Shown: positions 19,915 to 30,318 of the stretch, piece after piece
Position numbering within the stretch: the stretch's first letter is position 1
How the letters are laid out: every line of letters starts with the position of its first letter
Assembly: GCA_963838285.1 (NCBI GenBank)
Contig: CAWIQP010000008.1
Span: 88,686-152,685, forward strand
Length of the DNA stretch: 64,000 bases
Direction of reading: 5' to 3'
DNA from: an uncultured Chloroflexia bacterium
Lineage (GTDB): Bacteria; Chloroflexota; Limnocylindria; Limnocylindrales; CSP1-4
Made by a program: the position numbers and the translations under genes
Notes under the pieces: generated by a model
What the model was told of the DNA's origin: nothing
What the model saw: the letters and a program-made list of their open reading frames with translations, nothing else
The model's database searches: none

Positions 19915-21522
19915 CTACGGGCAGGTATTCGCGGGAGCTGGTTTGCCGTACCAGAGACTGTCCTTACCGAACAACTGGACCGACAGCGCGGCTACCTTGT
20001 CGTTGAGCAGGCAGTTGGCCGCGTTGACGGTACTGATGCCAGTGATCGTGTACGGCGGCCCCAGGACGATCTGGGTGATGTTCGAGGACGGCACCTGCTG
20101 GCCGAGGGCCACGTAGTCCGCCACCTGATCCGCCGGGAAGTCGGTCGTGACGGCGGCGCCAAGCGTGGAGATGAGGCTCGGCAGCTTCAGGATCTGGCTC
20201 GGCTGCGACATCTTGTGGAGCAGGGCGACGAGCACGATCTGCTGGCGCGACGACCTCAGCCAGTCGCTCCCGCCTCCGTGGCGGCTCCGGACGAAGGCCA
20301 TCGCCGTACGACCGTCGAGATGATGAGGTCCGGCCGAGAGACTGAAGCCGTACGGGCTGCCGTCGAGCCAGTCGTAGGTCGGGTCGACGATGTCGGACGG
20401 GTTGACCACGTCGATCCCGCCGACCTTGTCGATCATCGTTTCGAAGCCGCCGATGTCCATCACGGCGTAGTAGTTGATCGGGATGCCGACGAGGTACTGG
20501 ACTTCTTTGATCAGCGTCGTGTATGGATCGTCGCCCGACTTGATCGCGCCGGACCGGACATACAGCGGCAGGGAGTTGATCTTGATCGACGGCTTGTCCA
20601 CGCCGCCGAAATAGAACGGGAAGCTGGCGCTGTCGCGGGGAACGCTGATCATCTGGATCGAGTTGGCCTGGGGGTTGAAGCTCACGACCATGATCGAGTC
20701 GTAGGCGTTGTAGCTCGTCCCGCTGCCTCGTCCGGTGAACAGGATGGTGACGCGGCCGTCGTTGACCACCGTCGCGAGAGGCTCCGCGGTGGCCGTTGGA
20801 CCGGCCGTCTGGCCGGGCGACGGGCTCGGCGCCGGCGTGGCCTGCACGATCAGGTCGCTGGTGTTGCTGGCCGGGTTGAAGACCTGCGTACCGGCGTCCG
20901 AGTAGGCCAGCAGGTAGTAGCCGCCGCCGAGGTGCGTCACAGCGATGATCGCGGCGAGCGCGACCAGAACAGCACTGTTGACCACGCGATGGGTAGAAGC
21001 CTTGTGCCCGACGAGGAAGGCCTGGACGACGGACGCGATCCGCCAGGCACCGAACAGGAGAATGATCGCCACGGTCACGAGGCCGACGCCCCGATCGGCG
21101 AAGAGTTGCGCGGCGAGGACGACGGGGCCGCGCCGGAGGGCATAGGCCAGCAGGAGCACGACGAACACGGAAGGCACCGCGAAGATCGCGGCCAGCCGGC
21201 GGTTGCGGAGGTACAGCTGCCCGAGACCCGGCCACAGGAACGAGAGGAAGGCGGCCAGGGCCGGCGACCATCCGCGGAACCTGGGAGCCGGGGAGTCCAA
21301 TTCCGTCGGAGTCGAGGAGCCGGCGTCCGACGGGCTCTGCAATTCCGCGTCCGAGCCGGCCGGCGAGTCGACCTCGGACTCGGCCGCCGAGTCGGCTTCC
21401 GACGGGGCCGACGATCCGCTTGCCCCCGGGGCCGGCGAGTCCGCGTCCAACGGGCCCCGCGGGTCCGCATCGGGCGCGGTCGGCAGCTCCCCGTCCTTCA
21501 TGTTCGGCCGGTCCTTGTCCAC
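19915..21522 (-). CDS. LCP family protein, paralog 2, with an acidic Ser/Asp-rich N-terminal tail
   Basis: 535 aa: DKDRPNMKDG..., low-complexity SxxD tail, TM (LAAFLSFLWPGLGQLYLRNRRLAAIF), LCP domain (ILFTG...VSVPRDSASFPFYFGG...INSLP...VRSRHG). Confidence 0.85.
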   Translation of the reverse strand: MDKDRPNMKDGELPTAPDADPRGPLDADSPAPGASGSSAPSEADSAAESEVDSPAGSDAELQSPSDAGSSTPTELDSPAPRFRGWSPALAAFLSFLWPGLGQLYLRNRRLAAIFAVPSVFVVLLLAYALRRGPVVLAAQLFADRGVGLVTVAIILLFGAWRIASVVQAFLVGHKASTHRVVNSAVLVALAAIIAVTHLGGGYYLLAYSDAGTQVFNPASNTSDLIVQATPAPSPSPGQTAGPTATAEPLATVVNDGRVTILFTGRGSGTSYNAYDSIMVVSFNPQANSIQMISVPRDSASFPFYFGGVDKPSIKINSLPLYVRSGAIKSGDDPYTTLIKEVQYLVGIPINYYAVMDIGGFETMIDKVGGIDVVNPSDIVDPTYDWLDGSPYGFSLSAGPHHLDGRTAMAFVRSRHGGGSDWLRSSRQQIVLVALLHKMSQPSQILKLPSLISTLGAAVTTDFPADQVADYVALGQQVPSSNITQIVLGPPYTITGISTVNAANCLLNDKVAALSVQLFGKDSLWYGKPAPANTCP

Positions 21523-21659
21523 GGCGATCGACTCCCATTCGCGAGGCGAAGACGCAATTCGATGGCGACGACGGCGGCAATCGGACCTCCCCCTCCGGCG
21601 GTTTCGCGCCGCGCGATCGTTCCCTTAACACTAGCCTACTCAGGAGCACGGAGGAGCGT

Positions 21660-22686
21660 CATGAAGGCCGTCGTATACGACCGACCCGGGCAGTTCGAGG
21701 TCCGTGATCTTCCCGACCCGGAGCCCGGGCCGCGCGATGTTCTGCTCCGCGTCCTGATGACCGGCGTCTGCGGCACGGAGCTGCATCTGCACGCGGGCGA
21801 ATTCGGACCCAGGTATCCGCTCGTCCCCGGGCACGAGATCGTCGGCGAGGTGATCGAACTCGGCCCGGAAGCGACTCAGTTGCGGCTCGGCCAGCGGGTC
21901 GTCCTCGACAACACCACGTCCTGCGGCGCGTGCGTCGAATGCCGCCGCGCGCGGCCTGCGTTCTGCCGGCATCTGATCGCCCAGGGCGTCACCGCGCCGG
22001 GCGGCTTTGCCGAGCGCCTCGTCGCCGCCGAGGACCGCTGCTTCCCCGTCGACGACCTGCCCGTCGAGACCGCCGTCTTCGCGGAACCTACCGCCTGCGT
22101 CGTGCACGGTCTCGACGTTCTCGGCCTGAAGCCGGTCGCCGACGTCCTGCTGTTCGGAGCCGGTCCGACCGGGCTGTTGCTGACGCAGCTGCTTGCGCGC
22201 TCCTGCGCCGGCAGCCTCACGGTGGCCGAGGTCGTGCAGACCCGGCTCGATCTCGCGGCCGCCCGCGGCGCCGACCACGCGATCCTGGTCGACCGCGGGG
22301 ATCCCGCCGCGACGCAGCGCCGCCTCCGCGAGATAGCCCCGGACGGCTTCGACGTGGTGATCGACGCGACCGGCACTCTCGGCGTCCTGGAGGGGGCGAT
22401 CGCGCTGACCCGAACCGGCGGAACGATCTTCGCCTACGGGATGACCCCCGAAGCCGCCCGCTGGCAGGTCCCGTCATACGAGATCTTCCGGCGCGAGCTC
22501 ACGATCAAGGGTTCCTTCGCCCAGCAGTTTTCGTTCGACAGGGCGCTCGAGGCCCTGCGGACCGGGCGGATCGACACCACGGGCATGGTCACCCACCGAT
22601 TCGGGCTCGAGCGGTACGGCGAGGCGCTCGCGGCCATCGCCGATGGCAGCTGCATCAAGGCCGTGGTCACGCCGCAGCCGGCCTGA
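21660..22686 (+). CDS. zinc-dependent medium-chain alcohol dehydrogenase (threonine/sorbitol dehydrogenase-like)
   Basis: ATG at 21660 with GGAGGAG upstream. MKAVVYDRPGQFEVRDLPDP..., GVCGTELH, GHEIVGEV, a structural-Zn Cys cluster (CGACVECRRARPAFC) and Rossmann LFGAGPTGLL. Confidence 0.9.
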
Positions 22687-22702
22687 TCGGGAGCCAAGGC
22701 CG

Positions 22703-24079
22703 TCACAGCGGCGCGAACCGCGCGGTGAAGTGGCGCAGCTGCGGCGGCTGCTCCGCGATTCGGAACCCGCGCAGGGCGTCCGCCCTTTCGGCGACCCAGC
22801 GGATCACCTCGATCGCGTAGTCGATGTGGCTCTGCGTGTAGGTCCGGCGCGGGATCGCGAGCCGGACGAGATCCATCGAGGCGGGCGTCTCGCTGCCGTC
22901 CGGATGCAGCCCGAACATGACCGTCCCGATCTCGCAGCCGCGTATGCCGCCTTCTCGGTACAGGGCCGCGGCCAGCGCCTGGCCGGGGTACTGGAGCGGC
23001 GGTATCTGCGGCAGCAACGCCCGCGCGTCGATGTAGACGGCGTGGCCGCCTATCGGCCGGACGACGGGGATGCCGGACTTCACCAGGCTCTCGCCCAGGT
23101 ACTCGGTGGAACGGATGCGGTAGCGCAGGTAGTCCTCATCCACCACCTCTCGCAGACCCTGCGCGATCGCCTCGAGGTCCCGGCCGGCCAGGCCGCCGTA
23201 GGTGATGAAGCCCTCGGTCAGGATCAGCAGGTTGCGGCACTGCTCGGCCAGCCGGTCGTCGTTCATGGCCAGCCAGCCGCCGATGTTCGCCAGGCCGTCC
23301 TTCTTGGCGCTCATCGTCATGCCGTCGGCCAGCGACGCGATCTCGCGAACGATGTCGGGGATGCTTCGATCGGCATAGCCCGGCTCCCGGGACTTGATGA
23401 ACCAGGCGTTCTCGGCGAAGCGGCAGGCGTCCAGGAAGAGCGGAATGCCGTGGCGGTCGCACACGGCGCGCACGCCGCGCAGGTTCTCGAGAGACACCGG
23501 CTGGCCGCCGCCCGAGTTGTTGGTGATGGTGACGAACACGACCGGCACGCGCCCCGGCCCGGCCGCGGCGATGCGTGCCTCGAGCGCATCCAGGTCCATG
23601 TTCCCCTTGAAGGGATGGATGGTCGCCGGCACCAGGCCCTCCGCGATCACGAGGTCCACGGCCTCCGCGCCGGTGACCTCCACGTTGGCCCGAGTGGTGT
23701 CGAAATGGGTGTTGTTCGGGATGACCTTGTCGGGGCCGCCGAGAACGTGGAACAGGATCTTCTCGGCGGCGCGGCCCTGGTGCGTGGGGATGATGTGCCG
23801 GAATGGGAACAGAGTGCGCACCGACTCCTGGAACACGTAGAACGACGGCGATCCGGCGTAGCTCTCGTCGCCGTGCTGGATGGCAGCCCACTGGTCCCGG
23901 CTCATCGCGCCTGTGCCCGAGTCGGTGAGCAGATCGATCAGTACGTCGTCGGCGTGGAGGTTGAACAGATTCCAGCCGGCGGCTTCGAGGGCTCGCTCTC
24001 GCTCGGCCACCGTCGACATGCGGATGGGCTCTACTGAGTGGATCCGAAACGGCTCGAATATCGTCTTCCAGCGGTCCAT
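22703..24079 (-). CDS. beta-eliminating lyase, tryptophanase / tyrosine phenol-lyase family (segments closer to TPL)
   Basis: ORF 22703..24559. ATG at 24077-24079 gives MDRWKTIFEPFRIHSVEPIRM..., colinear with E. coli TnaA and Citrobacter TPL (PEPFRI..., IDLLTDSGTGAMS, IPTHQGRAAE, PLP-lysine context MSAKKDGLANIGG, GGLAGRDLEAIAQGLREV, PRRTYTQSHIDY). 459 aa. Confidence 0.9.
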   Translation of the reverse strand: MDRWKTIFEPFRIHSVEPIRMSTVAERERALEAAGWNLFNLHADDVLIDLLTDSGTGAMSRDQWAAIQHGDESYAGSPSFYVFQESVRTLFPFRHIIPTHQGRAAEKILFHVLGGPDKVIPNNTHFDTTRANVEVTGAEAVDLVIAEGLVPATIHPFKGNMDLDALEARIAAAGPGRVPVVFVTITNNSGGGQPVSLENLRGVRAVCDRHGIPLFLDACRFAENAWFIKSREPGYADRSIPDIVREIASLADGMTMSAKKDGLANIGGWLAMNDDRLAEQCRNLLILTEGFITYGGLAGRDLEAIAQGLREVVDEDYLRYRIRSTEYLGESLVKSGIPVVRPIGGHAVYIDARALLPQIPPLQYPGQALAAALYREGGIRGCEIGTVMFGLHPDGSETPASMDLVRLAIPRRTYTQSHIDYAIEVIRWVAERADALRGFRIAEQPPQLRHFTARFAPL

Positions 24080-24350
24080 CGGCCAAGGATAGATCGCCCC
24101 GCACAAGGCGGGGCGCGCGTGTCCGGGCGCGCGGAGCACCGACGCCGCCGCCGGGCGCGGGGGCAGCGAAGGTACCCGGGCGAGGCCCCCGGAACGGCGG
24201 ATTCTGCGGGACGAGAGCGAGCGTAGACTGAGTCCGGGCACGTGGTGGGCGTTTGCCCGTATCCAGCCGTTGCCCCTCAGGCGGAGTACCGATGGAGGAA
24301 CTGCCGGGCAGCGCGTATGGCGCGGCCCGCCCGCCGACGGGATCGACTCG

Positions 24351-27300
24351 ATGAGCGACCGCAGCGGGGAGACGGCCGGCGACCTGAAGCTCCGGGCCTG
24401 GAACATGGTGCCGGTGGTCGTGGCCGACACGGCCGGCCGCGTGCTCACGTTGACGCCGGCCGCAATGTCCATGTTCGGATGGGACCGGGAAGAGGACCTG
24501 GTCGGCCATCCGGTCACGGACTTCGTGGCCCCCGAGGACAGGGACCGGGCCGTCTCCAAGATAGGCCGACTTGTTGCGGGCGAGGCGGTTGGCCCGGCTC
24601 AATACTTCGGGCTCCGGAAGGATGGGGCCGCCATCGCGATAGAGGTGAGCGGCGAACTACTGCGCGGCGCCGACGGGTCCGCGAGCGGCCTCTCGCTCCT
24701 GATCCGCGAGATGGCCGAGGGGCAGCGCGCGGAGTCGGACCTGATCCAGGAGCGATCGCTGCTGGAAGCGCTGATGGAGAACACGCCGGACCACGTCTAT
24801 TTCAAGGATGCCGACTGCCGCTTCATCATGATCAGCAGGGCCCACGCCAGGGCCTTCGGACTTGCCGATCCCGCTCAGGCCGTTGGCAAGACGGACTTCG
24901 ATTTCTTCACCGAAGAGCACGCCCGGCTGGCCTACGAGAACGAACTCGAGATCATGAGAACCGGGCTTCCCATGGTCGACTTCGAGGAGAAGGAGACACA
25001 TCTCGACGGCCGGGAGACGTGGGTCTCCACGACCAAGCTGGTTCGCACCGACAAGCGCGGGAAGACGCTCGGCACTCTCGGCATCTCGCGGGACATCACC
25101 AGGCGCAAGCAGGACGAGGTTGCCCTGCGCGAGAGCGAGGAGAAGTACCGGACCCTGGTCGAGAAGGCGAACGAGGCCATCTACATCGTCCAGGACGGCG
25201 CATTCGTCTTCGCCAATCGGAGGCTGTCCGACCTGGTGGGCATGCCGGCCGAAGCTCTGCTCGGCAGGCCTTTCCTCGACTTCATCTGCCCCGAGGACAG
25301 GGATCTCGTCCGCGCCAACTACGCGAAGCGGATGGACGGAGAAGAGGTCACCGAAGCCTACGACTTCAGGATGATCGGAGCCGGAGGGGCGACTCTGTGG
25401 GTCTTCCTGTCGGTCGCGAGGATTCAGTGGAACGGCAGGCCGGCGACACTGAACCTTCTCAGCGACATCACCGCGCGCAAGCAGGCGGAGGAGAGGCTCG
25501 CCCAGACCAACCGCGCCCTCGAGGAGGCTACGGCCCGCGCCGAGTCGGCCAACAAGGCCAAGAGCGAATTCCTGGCCAACATGAGCCACGAGATTCGGAC
25601 CCCGATGAACGGCGTGATCGGCATGACCGAGCTGCTTCTCGACACCAGACTCAGCCACGAGCAGCGGCGCTACGCGGAGACGGTGCGCGCCAGCGGCGAG
25701 GCCCTTCTCGGGCTCCTCAACGACATCCTCGACTTCTCCAAGATCGAGGCGGGCAAGCTCGAGCTGGAGACGATCGACTTCGACGTGCGCGCTCTGCTCG
25801 ACGACTTCGCCGCCCTGCTGGCGCGGCGCGCCCAGGACAAGGGGCTCGAGTTCATCTGCGCCGCCGCGCCCGACGTTCCGGCCAACCTCAGCGGCGACCC
25901 GGGCCGCCTGCGCCAGATTCTCCTGAACCTGGCCGGCAACGCGGTCAAGTTCACCCACAGCGGCGAGATCGTGGTGAGAGCGACCGTCGTGTCGGAGTCC
26001 GAGACCGAGGTCGTCCTGCGGTTCTCGGTGAAGGACACCGGCATCGGCATCGCGCCCGACAAGCAGGCGCTCATGTTCCAGAAGTTCACGCAAGCGGACG
26101 CCTCGACAACCCGCCAGTACGGCGGCACCGGTCTCGGGCTGGCCATCTCGAAGCAGCTGGCCGAACTCATGGGCGGCGAGATCGGTCTCGTGAGCGAGGA
26201 GGGGCTCGGTTCGGAGTTCTGGTTCACCGCGCGCTTCGGCAAGCAGGCCGGTCTGGAACGCAACGTCCCGCCGCCGGCCCAGATACACGGGGTCCACATC
26301 CTCGTCGTTGACGACAACCCCACCAATCGCGAGATCCTGGCAGCCCAGCTCAACGCCTGGGGCATGCGGTCCGAGGTGGTCGCCGACGGCCCCTCGGCGC
26401 TCCTGGCCCTCGCGCACGCCAGGGATGCAGGAGATCCTTTCGCGGCGGCGATCCTCGACATGCAGATGCCGGGCATGGACGGAGCGGGCCTCGCCCGGGC
26501 CATCAAGGCCGACGAAACCCTGGCCGGCACCCGCCTGGTGATGATGACTTCGATCGGGCAATCGGGGCGACGCGCGGCAGATGGAGGAGATCGGGTTCTC
26601 CGCCTACCTGGTCAAGCCCGCGCGGCAGTCGGACCTGTTCGACTGCCTGGCCGTCGTGCTGGCCGGCGAAGCCGTTTCCAGGCCGGCACAACCCATAGTC
26701 ACGCGCCACGCGATCCGCGAGATGCGCCGGCAATCGCGTCGCATCCTGCTGGCCGAGGACAACATCACCAACCGCAGGTGGCCCTCGGCATCCTCAAGAA
26801 GTTCGGTCTGCACGCGGATGCCGTATCCAACGGTGCCGAGGCCGTCGCCGCCCTCGAGTCGATCCCGTACGACCTGGTCCTGATGGACGTTCAGATGCCC
26901 ACCATGGACGGCCTCGAGGCGACGATTCACATACGCGACCCGCGGTCGGCCGTCCGGAATCACGACGTACCGATCGTCGCCATGACCGCCCACGCCATGC
27001 AGGGCGACCGTGAGAGGTGCCTCAGAGTCGGAATGAACGACTACGTCAGCAAGCCGGTCTCGCCGGCGGCCCTGGCGGAGGCACTGGATAGATGGCTGCC
27101 CCGCGACGACGCCCCGAGACCGCCGGAGGCGTCCGCCGAGGCCGGTGCGTCGGCCTCCGCGACAGCGGAACCGTCGGCGGCAGACTACTCCGAAAGGTCC
27201 GTGTTCGACCGGACGGGCCTGCTGTCCCGCTTGATGGACGACGAAGACCTGGCGCGCACGGTGGTCGAAGGATTCCTGGAGGACATCCCCAGGCAGGCCG

Positions 27301-27554
27301 CGGCGCTCCGCGGTCATCTGGATGCCGGCGACGCCGAAGGGGCGACGCGCCAGGCTCACACGATCAAGGGCGCATCGGCCAACGTCGGCGGCGAGGCGGT
27401 GCGCGCGGCGGCCCTCGAGATCGAGAAGGCCGCCCGGGCCGGCGATCTCGCCGCGGCCGCGTCGCATCTCCCCGACCTCGAGACGCGCCTGGTCCGACTC
27501 ACCACGGCGATGCGGGCTTTCGTCGGCGAGGGCGGGCCGGAGGCGGCCTCGTGA
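24351..27554 (+). CDS. hybrid sensor histidine kinase: three to four PAS, HisKA, HATPase_c, two REC domains and a C-terminal Hpt
   Basis: ORF 24270..27554 (TTG start); first in-frame ATG is 24351. HisKA ([19 protein letters not shown]), HATPase (DTGIGIAPD...[10 protein letters not shown]), REC1 ([14 protein letters not shown]...DMQMPGMDG), REC2 ([13 protein letters not shown]...KPV) and Hpt ([14 protein letters not shown]). The stretch 26570-26770 is out of frame: the correct frame is ORF 26581..26883 ([13 protein letters not shown]...[12 protein letters not shown]), so two compensating frameshifts. Confidence 0.85.
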   Translation: MSDRSGETAGDLKLRAWNMVPVVVADTAGRVLTLTPAAMSMFGWDREEDLVGHPVTDFVAPEDRDRAVSKIGRLVAGEAVGPAQYFGLRKDGAAIAIEVSGELLRGADGSASGLSLLIREMAEGQRAESDLIQERSLLEALMENTPDHVYFKDADCRFIMISRAHARAFGLADPAQAVGKTDFDFFTEEHARLAYENELEIMRTGLPMVDFEEKETHLDGRETWVSTTKLVRTDKRGKTLGTLGISRDITRRKQDEVALRESEEKYRTLVEKANEAIYIVQDGAFVFANRRLSDLVGMPAEALLGRPFLDFICPEDRDLVRANYAKRMDGEEVTEAYDFRMIGAGGATLWVFLSVARIQWNGRPATLNLLSDITARKQAEERLAQTNRALEEATARAESANKAKSEFLANMSHEIRTPMNGVIGMTELLLDTRLSHEQRRYAETVRASGEALLGLLNDILDFSKIEAGKLELETIDFDVRALLDDFAALLARRAQDKGLEFICAAAPDVPANLSGDPGRLRQILLNLAGNAVKFTHSGEIVVRATVVSESETEVVLRFSVKDTGIGIAPDKQALMFQKFTQADASTTRQYGGTGLGLAISKQLAELMGGEIGLVSEEGLGSEFWFTARFGKQAGLERNVPPPAQIHGVHILVVDDNPTNREILAAQLNAWGMRSEVVADGPSALLALAHARDAGDPFAAAILDMQMPGMDGAGLARAIKADETLAGTRLVMMTSIGQSGRRAADGGDRVLRLPGQARAAVGPVRLPGRRAGRRSRFQAGTTHSHAPRDPRDAPAIASHPAGRGQHHQPQVALGILKKFGLHADAVSNGAEAVAALESIPYDLVLMDVQMPTMDGLEATIHIRDPRSAVRNHDVPIVAMTAHAMQGDRERCLRVGMNDYVSKPVSPAALAEALDRWLPRDDAPRPPEASAEAGASASATAEPSAADYSERSVFDRTGLLSRLMDDEDLARTVVEGFLEDIPRQAAALRGHLDAGDAEGATRQAHTIKGASANVGGEAVRAAALEIEKAARAGDLAAAASHLPDLETRLVRLTTAMRAFVGEGGPEAAS

Positions 27555-27570
27555 CGCGGCGGCCGCTCCC

Positions 27571-28494
27571 TTGAAGATCCTCATCGCCGACGACGACGTC
27601 ACCTCGCGCCTGGTCCTGGCCGGAGTGCTGAAGAAGCACGGCAACGAGGTCGCTGTCGCGGTCGACGGCGACGAGGCCTGGGAAGCCATGCAGCAACCGG
27701 ACGCACCGAGGCTGGTCATCCTCGACTGGGTCATGCCCGGGCTCGCCGGCGTGGACGTCTGCCGCCGCGCCCGGACCATCCAGTCCGATCAGCCGCCCTA
27801 CATCATCCTTCTGACCTCTCGGGGTGAGAAGACGGACATCGTGACCGGGCTCGAGGCCGGTGCCGACGACTACCTGGCGAAGCCCTTCGACCCCGGCGAG
27901 CTTCTGGCCCGGGTGGAGGTGGGCCGGCGCATGATCGACCTGCAGGCGAGACTGATCGAGGCCCGGGACGCGCTCGCCCACGAGGCCATGCACGACCCCC
28001 TGACCGGCGTTCTCAATCGCCGCGCGTTCGCCAGCGTCCTGTCGCGCGAACTCTTACGGAAGAAGCGACACCACAACCCGCTGGCCGTCGGGATCTGCGA
28101 CGTCGACAACTTCAAGCAGATCAACGACACGATGGGCCACCAGGCCGGAGACGAGGTACTGTGCGGTCTCGTCCGTCTGATCGAGCGCAACCTGCGCGGC
28201 CACGACGTCCTGGGCCGCCATGGCGGGGATGAGTTCGTGGTGCTCACCGAGCACGCCGCGGAGGACGACGCCGCCGTCCCGTACGAGCGGCTGCGAGCCG
28301 CGGTCGCGGACACTCCAATATCGACGGGCGCCGGAGACGTCCGCATCACGGTCAGCATCGGCGTGAGGATCGGGGCCGAAGGCGAGGACGAGGCGGAGCT
28401 ACTGGCGGCCGCGGACCGGGCCCTGTACCAGGCCAAGAGCGGTGGGCGCAATCGCGTCCAGATCGCTCGCGGTCCGAGCCAACCCGGCACGTAG
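27571..28494 (+). CDS. response regulator with a GGDEF diguanylate cyclase output (PleD/WspR-like)
   Basis: TTG at 27571 (LKILIADDD...). REC with phospho-Asp context (LVILDWVMPG). GGDEF domain with an intact active site (RHGGDEFVVL) and an I-site-like RxxD. Confidence 0.85.
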   Translation: MKILIADDDVTSRLVLAGVLKKHGNEVAVAVDGDEAWEAMQQPDAPRLVILDWVMPGLAGVDVCRRARTIQSDQPPYIILLTSRGEKTDIVTGLEAGADDYLAKPFDPGELLARVEVGRRMIDLQARLIEARDALAHEAMHDPLTGVLNRRAFASVLSRELLRKKRHHNPLAVGICDVDNFKQINDTMGHQAGDEVLCGLVRLIERNLRGHDVLGRHGGDEFVVLTEHAAEDDAAVPYERLRAAVADTPISTGAGDVRITVSIGVRIGAEGEDEAELLAAADRALYQAKSGGRNRVQIARGPSQPGT

Positions 28495-28713
28495 ACGGCC
28501 GCCGCGCGCGGGGCTCCCGGGCGCGTCGACGTATCGGTGCTCGGCCCTATCCGGCCGGACCCGCCGGGCGGGCCGGTCGGCAAGACGGCACGCCTCGTGT
28601 CATTCCGTGGGCCGCCCAGCGATCCATCCCGTGGAAGCGGCCGCCATCCACGTATCCTCGGCTACCCGAGCGTCCCGTCTCCGGGCACTGCCGGTTGGGA
28701 GCAGAGGAACTAG

Positions 28714-29637
28714 ATGGCAGCCGAGTACAACGCAACCGTAGTAGGTCGGGACGAGATCGCGCCCGGATTGATCAGCATCCGCGTCGCACCCGACAATCTC
28801 CCGTTCGAGTTCGAGCCGGGCCAGTACGTGGTGCTGGGGCTGAAGGCCAGCGAACCGCGGGTCTCAGAGGCAGACGCGGCGAGCGTGATGGAGGGAGAGG
28901 CGCCCGCCGGCACGCCGGAGGGCCAGTCGGGCGTAGCCGCGCAGGCTGCTGCCGCGGCACGAGCCGCGGCCAATTCGGATCGGATGATCCGCCGCGCCTA
29001 CTGCATAGCGTCGGACAGCCGCGCCGCCGAGCGTCTCGAGTTCTTCGTCACGCTGATCCTGAGTGGCGAGCTGACGCCGCGTCTGTTCAACCTCAAGGTC
29101 GGAGACCGGCTCTTCGTCGGCCCCAGAGCGGAGGGCGTCTTCACCCTCGACCCGGCGTCGACGAAGCACGTCCTCATGATCGCGACCGGGACCGGCCTGG
29201 CGCCGTACATGTCGATGATCCGCAACGAACTTGTGCTGCGGGTCGACGGGCGCGTCGGACTCCGAGCGATATGGCAGCGCAACGGACCGCGCCACTTCGC
29301 ACTGGTCCACGGAGCGCGCTACTCGTGGGATCTGGGCTACCGGACCGAGCTCACCGGTCTCTCCCGCAGCTGCAACAACTTCCACTACCTGCCGTCGATC
29401 ACCCGGCCCGACGAGGACGCCACCTGGAGCGGCCGGAGCGGCTACGTTCAGGACGTCATCGCCTCAGGCGTGGTCGAGCGTGAATCCGGTCTTGCTCTCA
29501 CGCCGGACAACTTCGACATCCTGCTTTGCGGCAACCCGGGCATGATCGAGACGGTGATCGGCTGGGCGGAGGCACGCGGCTTCACCCGGGACGACGGCCG
29601 CAACGCCGGCACACTCCACGTCGAGAAGTACTGGTAG
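28714..29637 (+). CDS. ferredoxin-NADP reductase family oxidoreductase (FAD/NAD-binding)
   Basis: RBS GGGAGCAGAGGAA upstream. GQYVVLGL...RAYCIASD (RxYS FAD motif) and NAD motif MIATGTGLAPYMSM. A low-complexity insert lies between the two FAD-binding strands. Confidence 0.75.
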   Translation: MAAEYNATVVGRDEIAPGLISIRVAPDNLPFEFEPGQYVVLGLKASEPRVSEADAASVMEGEAPAGTPEGQSGVAAQAAAAARAAANSDRMIRRAYCIASDSRAAERLEFFVTLILSGELTPRLFNLKVGDRLFVGPRAEGVFTLDPASTKHVLMIATGTGLAPYMSMIRNELVLRVDGRVGLRAIWQRNGPRHFALVHGARYSWDLGYRTELTGLSRSCNNFHYLPSITRPDEDATWSGRSGYVQDVIASGVVERESGLALTPDNFDILLCGNPGMIETVIGWAEARGFTRDDGRNAGTLHVEKYW

Positions 29638-29744
29638 CCCGGCCGCGCCCGGCGGTCGGGCCGCTCGGCCGCGGCGCGAGTCCGGCCGCGCCCGGCGACG
29701 GGGGGCGGCTCGGCCCAACAGGCCGAACAGGCCGCTCGACCGGG

Positions 29745-30224
29745 TCAGACCTCGCGCCAGATCCGGTACGGGCGGCTCACCAGATTGGCGTTGTAGTAGC
29801 GGGCGTCGCCCGTCACTTCCTCGCCGATCCAGTCCGGCAGTACGACGGCGGTCTCATCCGAGGGAAGCTCGACCTCGGCGACGACCAGGCCGTCGTTCTC
29901 GCCGCCGAAGACGTCGATCTCCCACACCAGTCCGCCGGAGGGAACGCGATATCGGGTCTTCTCGATCACAGGCCGGAGAGCCAGCCCATCGAGCAGCTCC
30001 TCCGCCTCCCCGACCGGGATCTCGTACTCGAATTCGGCCCGGCTGGTCCCGCTGGCCGAGGTGCGGCCTTTGACGTTCAGGAAGGCTCTCGTCCCGGCCA
30101 CCCGGACACGAACCGTCCGCTCGGGATCGACGGACAGGTAGCCCTGCCTCATGCGAATTCCCGGCAGGCCGGCAACGGCCGAGAGGTCGCGGACCAGGTA
30201 CTTGCGCTCGATTTCGACGCCCAA
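29745..30224 (-). CDS. CYTH-domain protein (CyaB/thiamine-triphosphatase-like triphosphate tunnel enzyme)
   Basis: 159 aa starting MGVEIERKYLV (the EIERKF signature), size typical of CYTH. Confidence 0.8.
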   Translation of the reverse strand: MGVEIERKYLVRDLSAVAGLPGIRMRQGYLSVDPERTVRVRVAGTRAFLNVKGRTSASGTSRAEFEYEIPVGEAEELLDGLALRPVIEKTRYRVPSGGLVWEIDVFGGENDGLVVAEVELPSDETAVVLPDWIGEEVTGDARYYNANLVSRPYRIWREV

Positions 30225-30318
30225 CGTCAGGCTCCTCGCGGCACCGGCCCACCCGGCATCGTCGTCCAGATCGAATTCCGCTCGCGGCCCGCCGGCGCTG
30301 CGGCCGCACGCGCATGAC

